Source of the DNA: a virus
Lineage: Duplodnaviria > Heunggongvirae > Uroviricota > Caudoviricetes
Length of the DNA stretch: 4,564 bases
Virus record (IMG/VR): IMGVR_UViG_2609459824_000008
Reading direction: 5' to 3' (one strand)
Shown here: piece by piece, positions 1-4,564 of the stretch
Layout of the letters: each line of letters starts with the position of its first letter
Position numbering within the stretch: the first letter of the stretch is position 1
Notes under the pieces: model-generated
What the model was told of the DNA's origin: nothing
Databases searched by the model: none
The model's input: only the letters and a program-made list of their open reading frames with translations
Program-made: the position numbers and the translations under genes

Positions 1-222
1 TTTACCCCGATGGTCTTCAACGAGATGCCACGATGCCTCATCACTGTTGAAAACAGCCACAAAGCCAGCAGGAATATCTGGTGGTGCAATATCGGTACTG
101 TTTGCTGGCAGACCTGTATGAGGCGGAATATATGCGTCACCTTCACCAATAAATTCATTAGTTCCGGCCAGCAGATTATAAATTTTTATGGTCCGTGCTT
201 GTTCACTCATTCTGAATGCCAT
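1..222 (-). CDS. tfa: Tail fibre assembly protein Tfa, N-terminal 74 codons; the 3' end of the gene lies beyond the window start
   Basis: Minus-strand ATG at 222-220. Hand translation of the reverse complement of 1-222 gives [74 protein letters not shown], open to the window edge. This matches the lambda Tfa N-terminus as I remember it almost residue for residue. The start overlaps the stf stop as TAATG. It is absent from the supplied ORF track because it has no in-window stop. Confidence 0.9.
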   Translation of the reverse strand, partial: MAFRMSEQARTIKIYNLLAGTNEFIGEGDAYIPPHTGLPANSTDIAPPDIPAGFVAVFNSDEASWHLVEDHRGK

Positions 223-3200
223 TATGCAAGCCTCACAATATAGTTAAATGCGATGTTTTTGACGGTGTTTTCCGCGTTACCCGCAGCGTTAACGGTGATG
301 GTGTGTCCATGTGAACCAATCGCAACGGAGTGCGTATGCGCACCAATACCTACAGTATGTGCATGTGCGCCAGAACTTGCTGCAGTACCAGACAGCGAGT
401 GGGTATGAGCACCTGCTGACTGTGTCTGAATACGTTGATAATACGATCTATAGGAAGAAGTCTCCGGGCTTACTTGATACTGTGAATTCTGGACATAAGT
501 GAACCCACCGCCATCATAAAATGCTAACGCAGAACCGCCGCCTCCTGGCCAACGAATACCATTACCATGAGTATGAACACCGGCAGACCCCGTAGAGCCA
601 CTCAGACTGTGCGTATGCGCCCCGGTGTTATTCGTGGATTTAGTGCCGTAATCAAACGACGATGTGGTTTTCGTCCCCAAATCCGTACTGGATGCGCTGG
701 CGCTGTGGGTGTGCGATTTAATGCCGTCCTGTTCCTGAGACAATACGGCCCGGCCACTGGCGGGGTTGCCCTTGATTGTCCAGCCGCGCATATCTGGAAT
801 AACACCTGAAGGATAGGCAATAGCCAGTTTCGGATATGCTGCCTTATCAAACGTCTGCCCCTGCATGATTGCATAACCTGCAGGTGGTGTATCTGATGGC
901 CACGGCAGCGGAACACCTGGCGGAAACGCTTCAATATTTGCCGAGCCGTCAAATTTTACGCCGTTAATTGTCCTTGCAGTTTGCAATTTGGTTGCTGTGC
1001 TTGCATTACCCGATAAAGATCCAGTGATACCACCACTCGCGTTTAATTTAGTTGCAATTGTAACATTGCCAGTATGGTTACTAATTATAAACGGCCTTAA
1101 GCTATTGTGCGTACCAAGACTGTTACCCGAATCTGTCAACATAAAATATGTGTTTGATCCATCATTTCGGATAAAGAATCCATAGTTGCCATAGGCAATA
1201 CGCAGACCATTTGCTGACCTTGAAATAACCTCACCAGCAGCAGTTAAACCACCTGAAAGAGTCCCTCCAGTTAATGCCAATGCCCCAATATTTGAAGGGG
1301 TCAATGTGATATTTGCACTACCATCAAATGACACACCGTTAATCGTTCTGGCTGCCTGAAGTTTCGTGGCGGTCGCAGCATTACCTGTAGTGTTTTGATT
1401 ACCGGTAGCGTTGACTCCAGGCAAGTTGATATCTGCCGATCCATCAAATGCCACGCCCCCAATCTTACGTGCTGTCTTGATCTTGGTCGCAGTATCTGCG
1501 TTTCCGGTCAAATTACCAGTAACACTACCACCAACTTTTAGTCCATTACCGATGGACACCAACCCTGATCTTAAGTTTATAGAGAATGGTCTTAATGAAC
1601 CGATGTCTCCATTTTCCCCCTCCCCTTCATTAGTCGGAATAAGATGAAGATGATCTTCGGAACGCCTAAAAATAAGGCCAAAGGCTTGGTTGAATATTCG
1701 AAGAGCATTTATCGTGCTGATTTTTAACTGCCCTCCCATTGTGTCGCCAGTTTTTTGAACTGAACTATCTTTAACAGTTTTAACTGCCTTTGGCGTTGCC
1801 GCCAGCTTTTCACTGGTGCTGTTTGTTGCACTGCTGAGCTGTACTATCCCCTTTTTCGTCGTGCTCGCATCCTCCAGCGCCACGGCGGATGCAATATCCT
1901 CTGCCCGTTTTGCTGCTGTCTCGGCGCGCGTTGCCGCGGATTCAGCAGCAACTTTGCTCTGAGATGCAGCCGTCGCACTGCCTGCCGCCTCTGATGCTTT
2001 CGTTGTTGCTGTCGTGGCACTACCTTTCGCTGCTGACGCTTGTCTGGTCGCCTCATCTTTTGAAGCAGACGCAGATGATGCCGATGACGCCGCTGAACTG
2101 GCTGACGATGCGGCTGCCGCCTTAGAGGAAGCAGCATTGTCTGCTGAAGTCTTTGCATTTGTTTCAGAGGTTTTTGCTGCAGAAGCAGACCTCGCTGCTG
2201 CAGTGGCTTGCTCAGTGGCTTTGCCAGCCTTCGTTGTGGCTGTTGAAGCGGATGATGCGGCGCTTTCTGCCGATTTTCCGGCGGCGGTGGCACTGGCTGA
2301 GGCCTGCCCGGCACTTGTTGACGCGGCACTGGCAGATAATGCAGCCGCTGTTTTTGAACCTGCCGCAGCTGAGGCGCTCTGTCCCGCTGCTGTTTCAGAA
2401 GACTTAGCGTTCGTCTCGGACGTTTTTGCCGCCTTCGCGGAATTTCCTGCCGCCGTTGCCGAGGAAGCTGCGCTGCTGGCGCTCGAGGCTGCGCTCGTTT
2501 CTGATGATTTTGCCGCCTCTTTTGAAGCTGACGCATCCCGGGCTGAGGTGGCAGCTTCTGACGCTTTCGTGGTCGCGGTGGATGCAGAAGTGGCTGCTGA
2601 TTGTTGTGACGCTGCCGCATTCGTTTCTGACGTTTTCGCCGCAGCGGCACTGGTGGCCGCCGCGCTTTTTGAGGACTCTGCAGCGGCAGCACTTTTTTCC
2701 GCTTCAGTGGCCTTTGTTGATGCCGTTCCTGCGCTGGAAGACGCTGACTGAGCCGACGACGCGGCCTGTCCGGCTGACGTGCTGGCTGCGCGTGCTGAGC
2801 CTGCAGCATCAGTCGCATGGGTTGCCGCCTCACGGGCTGATGTGCCGGCATCGCTGGCTGACTTCTTCGCGGCTGCCGTGTTCTGTGCCACCGCGGACGC
2901 GTTACGCGCCACCTCTTCCACCATCAGTTCAAAACGGCGCAGAGCCTCAGGACGGGCATCATCCTCTGTCATGGCACCGAGAAAATCATTCAGCGTACCG
3001 GGTTGAGAATCTTCATACACGGTAATGGTCCCGGCATGTGATGGCGGGAATCCCTCCACCAACAGACTGACGCTGTACTGACCATACTCGACGTCCATTG
3101 TGTAACGCCCGGCTTCATCCGGGTTTTCTGAGGCCACTGTGTTCACCACCACCGTGGTGCTGTTGCGCCTGGCCTTTAGCTGAATGGTGCAGTTTTGTAT

Positions 3201-3248
3201 CGGCTTACCTGCGCCATCTTTCAGTACACCTGAAATCCGTACTGCCAT
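222..3248 (-). CDS. stf: Side tail fibre protein Stf, intact 1008 aa: lambda-like N-terminal domain, Ala/Ser/Thr-rich shaft, tail-fibre repeat modules, His-x-His C-terminal tip
   Basis: Single uninterrupted ORF in the track. N-terminus [36 protein letters not shown] and C-terminus ...[40 protein letters not shown] match lambda Stf and E. coli prophage StfR-type fibres from memory. Minus-strand ATG at 3248-3246 is preceded by a G-rich Shine-Dalgarno-like run (GGGGGG, plus coordinates 3252-3257). Stop TAA at 224-222. Gene order lom-stf-tfa is as in lambda. Confidence 0.95.
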   Translation of the reverse strand: MAVRISGVLKDGAGKPIQNCTIQLKARRNSTTVVVNTVASENPDEAGRYTMDVEYGQYSVSLLVEGFPPSHAGTITVYEDSQPGTLNDFLGAMTEDDARPEALRRFELMVEEVARNASAVAQNTAAAKKSASDAGTSAREAATHATDAAGSARAASTSAGQAASSAQSASSSAGTASTKATEAEKSAAAAESSKSAAATSAAAAKTSETNAAASQQSAATSASTATTKASEAATSARDASASKEAAKSSETSAASSASSAASSATAAGNSAKAAKTSETNAKSSETAAGQSASAAAGSKTAAALSASAASTSAGQASASATAAGKSAESAASSASTATTKAGKATEQATAAARSASAAKTSETNAKTSADNAASSKAAAASSASSAASSASSASASKDEATRQASAAKGSATTATTKASEAAGSATAASQSKVAAESAATRAETAAKRAEDIASAVALEDASTTKKGIVQLSSATNSTSEKLAATPKAVKTVKDSSVQKTGDTMGGQLKISTINALRIFNQAFGLIFRRSEDHLHLIPTNEGEGENGDIGSLRPFSINLRSGLVSIGNGLKVGGSVTGNLTGNADTATKIKTARKIGGVAFDGSADINLPGVNATGNQNTTGNAATATKLQAARTINGVSFDGSANITLTPSNIGALALTGGTLSGGLTAAGEVISRSANGLRIAYGNYGFFIRNDGSNTYFMLTDSGNSLGTHNSLRPFIISNHTGNVTIATKLNASGGITGSLSGNASTATKLQTARTINGVKFDGSANIEAFPPGVPLPWPSDTPPAGYAIMQGQTFDKAAYPKLAIAYPSGVIPDMRGWTIKGNPASGRAVLSQEQDGIKSHTHSASASSTDLGTKTTSSFDYGTKSTNNTGAHTHSLSGSTGSAGVHTHGNGIRWPGGGGSALAFYDGGGFTYVQNSQYQVSPETSSYRSYYQRIQTQSAGAHTHSLSGTAASSGAHAHTVGIGAHTHSVAIGSHGHTITVNAAGNAENTVKNIAFNYIVRLA
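303..713 (-). other. C-terminal tip region of Stf carrying seven His-x-His motifs (predicted metal-binding trimeric needle, as in T4 gp37 and lambda Stf)
   Basis: HxH pairs at residues 846/848, 878/880, 892/894, 948/950, 962/964, 971/973 and 980/982 (SHTHS, GAHTHS, VHTHG, GAHTHS, AHAHT, AHTHS, SHGHT). On the plus strand these appear as recurring gtg/atg-rich blocks, for example gtgcgtatgcgc at 330-341 and 609-620. Confidence 0.7.
927..1010 (-). repeat. Tail-fibre repeat unit 3 within stf ([28 protein letters not shown], residues 747-774)
   Basis: Same 28-aa motif. DNA 946-1010 (gccgtcaaattttacgccgttaattgtccttgcagtttgcaatttggttgctgtgcttgcattacc) aligns by eye with 1321-1385. Confidence 0.8.
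1302..1385 (-). repeat. Tail-fibre repeat unit 2 within stf ([28 protein letters not shown], residues 622-649)
   Basis: Same 28-aa motif. The DNA copy begins exactly 120 nt from unit 1 (1321 vs 1441, both starting ccatcaaatg). Confidence 0.8.
1422..1505 (-). repeat. Tail-fibre repeat unit 1 within stf ([28 protein letters not shown], residues 582-609)
   Basis: 28-aa motif G-N-A-x-T-A-T-K-[IL]-x-x-A-R-x-I-x-G-V-x-F-D-G-S-A-x-I present three times in Stf. The plus-strand DNA 1441-1505 (ccatcaaatgccacgcccccaatcttacgtgctgtc...) is visibly similar to 1321-1385. Confidence 0.8.
1869..2891 (-). repeat. Low-complexity Ala/Ser/Thr/Lys-rich shaft-coding region of stf (about residues 120-460) with recurring AAKTSETNA-like motifs
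   Basis: The translated Stf is dominated by A, S, T, K, E over about 340 residues. KTSETNA occurs three times (residues ~205-211, ~275-281, ~359-365). The GCN/TCN/ACN codon periodicity explains the long shadow ORFs in other frames and on the plus strand (2014..2751 +, 1844..2851 -). Confidence 0.8.
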
Positions 3249-3257
3249 ATTCCCCCC

Positions 3258-3285
3258 ACAAAAAAGCCCGCCTGAACCGGCGGGC
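3258..3285 (-). terminator. Rho-independent terminator between lom and stf (minus strand)
   Basis: Minus-strand sequence GCCCGCC-GGTTCA-GGCGGGC followed by TTTTTTGT. The 7-bp GC-rich stem is at plus 3266-3272 / 3279-3285 with a 6-nt loop; the U-tract corresponds to plus 3258-3265. It lies downstream of the lom stop (3313-3315) and ends about 10 nt before the stf start codon. Confidence 0.65.
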
Positions 3286-3312
3286 TGTCATAACACTGTG
3301 TTACCTGGCTAA

Positions 3313-3912
3313 TCAGAATTTATAACCGACACCAACGATGAAACTGTTGGTACGCCAGTCACCGCTGCCGGAGCCTTCATAAGCAATATCAATGGCCACG
3401 GATTCGGTCGGGTTAAACTGCACGCCAGCTCCCCACGCCAGAGACGTGTTGCTGTGGCGACCGTCATCACTTCCGGTCAGCACGTCGTGCGTTTTCCCCT
3501 TGTTGTCAGTTACGCGGAGATAATCCCCGGAGAAAGTCGACACACGGCTGTAAGCCACACCCGCCATCGCATACGCGCTGAACCATTCATTCACGCGCAC
3601 AGACGGCCCCGCCATCACGCTGAACCAGCGGTTACGAACGGAATCTTCATGCCAGCGGGTATCGCTGTAACGGGTAAGCTGGCGATTCTTGTCTCCTGCA
3701 TAGCTGAATGACGTCACCATCCCCAGTGTGTCCGTAAACTCATAACGGTATTTCACGTTAATCCCGTTCAGATCATCGCTGCCGGGAACGTTCGTCGAGG
3801 CATGAAGATACCCCGCGCTCAGCGTGGACTGATGTTCAGATGCCCATGCAGGCGCACCGGATACGGCCAGACAAATGGCTGCGGACAAAATTGCTGCACA
3901 AACTTTACGCAT
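3313..3912 (-). CDS. lom: Lom outer-membrane beta-barrel protein (Ail/Lom family), 199 aa with N-terminal signal peptide
   Basis: Complete [42 protein letters not shown]...FIVGVGYKF, which matches lambda Lom from memory. It has a signal-peptide-like N-terminus with an AWA-SE cleavage context and a C-terminal aromatic residue (YKF) typical of outer-membrane barrels. Shine-Dalgarno GAGAGG (plus 3918-3923) sits 5 nt upstream of the ATG at 3912-3910; stop TGA at 3315-3313. Confidence 0.93.
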   Translation of the reverse strand: MRKVCAAILSAAICLAVSGAPAWASEHQSTLSAGYLHASTNVPGSDDLNGINVKYRYEFTDTLGMVTSFSYAGDKNRQLTRYSDTRWHEDSVRNRWFSVMAGPSVRVNEWFSAYAMAGVAYSRVSTFSGDYLRVTDNKGKTHDVLTGSDDGRHSNTSLAWGAGVQFNPTESVAIDIAYEGSGSGDWRTNSFIVGVGYKF

Positions 3913-3933
3913 AATTACCTCTCGCTTTTCTGC

Positions 3934-3960
3934 AATAAAAAAGGCGTCATTCCTGACGCC
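3934..3960 (-). terminator. Rho-independent terminator between J and lom (minus strand), possibly weakly bidirectional
   Basis: Minus-strand sequence GGCGTCA-GGAA-TGACGCC followed by TTTTTTATTG. The stem is at plus 3943-3949 / 3954-3960 with loop 3950-3953; the U-tract is plus 3934-3942. It lies 23 nt downstream of the J stop. On the plus strand the stem is followed by ctttattgg, which is T-rich enough that weak opposite-strand activity is possible. Confidence 0.6.
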
Positions 3961-3982
3961 CTTTATTGGGGTTATAAATATT

Positions 3983-4564
3983 TCAACGAATACTGATGCC
4001 GGAAGCGGCTTTTTTGGTCACAATCACCGTACAGTCGGTGATATTGCCTGCCCCCTGATTGCCTTTCTGGAAAATCTTAAACTCCAGAGTGACGCTTCCC
4101 CTGCCACTCGGCATATCAATAACCGCACTGTAGCTACCGGGAATGGCCCCTTTAGTTTCTCTGGATGCGATTAATACGCCGTTTTTGCGAACTTCAAAAC
4201 CATAACCCGTGTATCTTGTACCTCCCGGGTTATTACCACTTCCCGGATCGCTATACGCTATTCCGTTAAAGATAATGGGCGGAATAATAATTTGACGGTC
4301 AAAGTTATGATCATCGCTGATGGTGACTGTAACCGTCCCGTTTGGTGTTTCCGTATTACCCCACGTACCAGCCTGTTTCGGGAATGATTTGGATACAGCT
4401 TTAACGAAGTCACCTCTGACCTGAGTCGCCTCCAGCATGCCCTTAATCGTACAGTTTTCATTTACCGTGACATTGTTGAGCGTCCCGGCGTTCGCATTCA
4501 CACTGCCACTGATATCCGCATTTTTAGCGGTCAGCTTTCCGTCCGGTGTCAGGGAAAATGCCGG
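3983..4564 (-). CDS. J: Tail tip / host specificity protein J, C-terminal 193 codons; the 5' end of the gene lies beyond the window end
   Basis: The reading frame is open from the window edge (4564) to the TGA stop at 3985-3983. Hand translation upstream of the track ORF gives ...PAFSLTPDGKLTAKNADISGS-VNANAGTLNNVTVNENCTIKG..., matching the lambda gpJ C-terminal region (GKLTAKNADISGSVNANAGTL) from memory. The track's M at 4501 is an internal GTG (Val), not the true start. Confidence 0.9.
   Translation of the reverse strand, partial: PAFSLTPDGKLTAKNADISGSVNANAGTLNNVTVNENCTIKGMLEATQVRGDFVKAVSKSFPKQAGTWGNTETPNGTVTVTISDDHNFDRQIIIPPIIFNGIAYSDPGSGNNPGGTRYTGYGFEVRKNGVLIASRETKGAIPGSYSAVIDMPSGRGSVTLEFKIFQKGNQGAGNITDCTVIVTKKAASGISIR

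Noticed and set aside
10-243. 77-aa plus-strand ORF antisense to tfa, considered as a possible alternative tfa copy of an invertible host-range segment (Gin/Pin/Cin-type)
   Set aside because: The ORF has no similarity to Tfa-like sequences. I found no inverted-repeat crossover sites flanking the stf 3' end or tfa in-window, and no invertase gene is visible. An invertase could still lie downstream of tfa beyond the window start, as in some E. coli cryptic prophages, but that cannot be assessed here.
222-728. Possibility that the stf C-terminal region is the variable-repeat target of a diversity-generating retroelement
   Set aside because: The window contains no reverse transcriptase gene and no second near-identical template repeat, and the tip shows the HxH needle organisation rather than a C-type-lectin variable region. 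Nothing supports it in-window.
2014-2751. 245-aa plus-strand ORF (Ala/Asp/Glu-rich) antisense to stf
   Set aside because: It lies entirely inside the low-complexity shaft-coding region of stf. Its composition is the mirror image expected from reading GCN/TCN/ACN-rich codons on the opposite strand. No ribosome-binding site is evident and the protein has no recognisable features.
1844-2851. 335-aa minus-strand ORF in an alternative frame of stf, extremely Arg/Pro/Gln-rich
   Set aside because: Shifting the frame of Ala/Ser/Thr codons by one gives CNG/CNA codons (Pro, Arg, Gln, Leu), which is exactly this composition. It is a frame-shadow of the low-complexity region and not a credible overprinted gene without expression evidence.
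2426-3025. 199-aa and 75-aa plus-strand ORFs (2426..3025, 2779..3006) and the other short plus-strand ORFs at 311..502, 567..809, 988..1185, 1411..1647, 1889..2125, 2153..2407
   Set aside because: All are antisense to the well-supported stf CDS, with biased low-complexity or Cys/Trp/Arg-rich composition and no start-site context. Treated as spurious.
3098-3325. 75-aa Cys/Trp-rich plus-strand ORF spanning the lom-stf intergenic region
   Set aside because: It overlaps the stf start, the terminator hairpin and the lom stop on the opposite strand. Its composition is implausible for a real protein and it has no Shine-Dalgarno.
3961-4020. Possible sigma70 promoter for lom in the 3' end of J (TTGAAA ... 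TATAAC on the minus strand)
   Set aside because: The hexamer spacing is poor (no acceptable -35 at 16-18 nt from TATAAC), and the candidate lies upstream of the J-lom terminator, so transcripts from it would be expected to terminate before lom. Too weak to call.
3454-4461. Short ORFs inside or antisense to lom and J (3454..3711 +, 3802..3996 +, 3875..4174 +, 4258..4461 -)
   Set aside because: They are embedded in or antisense to the confidently assigned lom and J coding sequences, and none shows independent gene-like features.

Overview
The whole window is the distal end of a lambda-like (lambdoid) prophage tail operon, most likely from an enterobacterial genome. All four genes are on the minus strand, in the order J (3' end, partial) -> intrinsic terminator -> lom -> intrinsic terminator -> stf -> tfa (5' end, partial). 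Both partial genes run off the window edges. I see no tRNA or rRNA, CRISPR array, insertion sequence, integrase or attachment site. I do not see a previously undescribed system here: every stretch is accounted for by these four genes and two short intergenic terminators. The most interesting biology is inside the 1008-codon side tail fibre gene: a lambda-like N-terminal anchor, a ~340-residue Ala/Ser/Thr/Lys low-complexity shaft, duplicated tail-fibre repeat modules, and a C-terminal tip with seven His-x-His motifs interrupted by a Gly/Tyr-rich insert that is the likeliest receptor-specificity determinant. Comparisons to lambda Stf, Tfa, Lom, J and T4 gp37 are from memory, not from a database search. 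All other ORFs in the six-frame track are shadow ORFs inside these genes.
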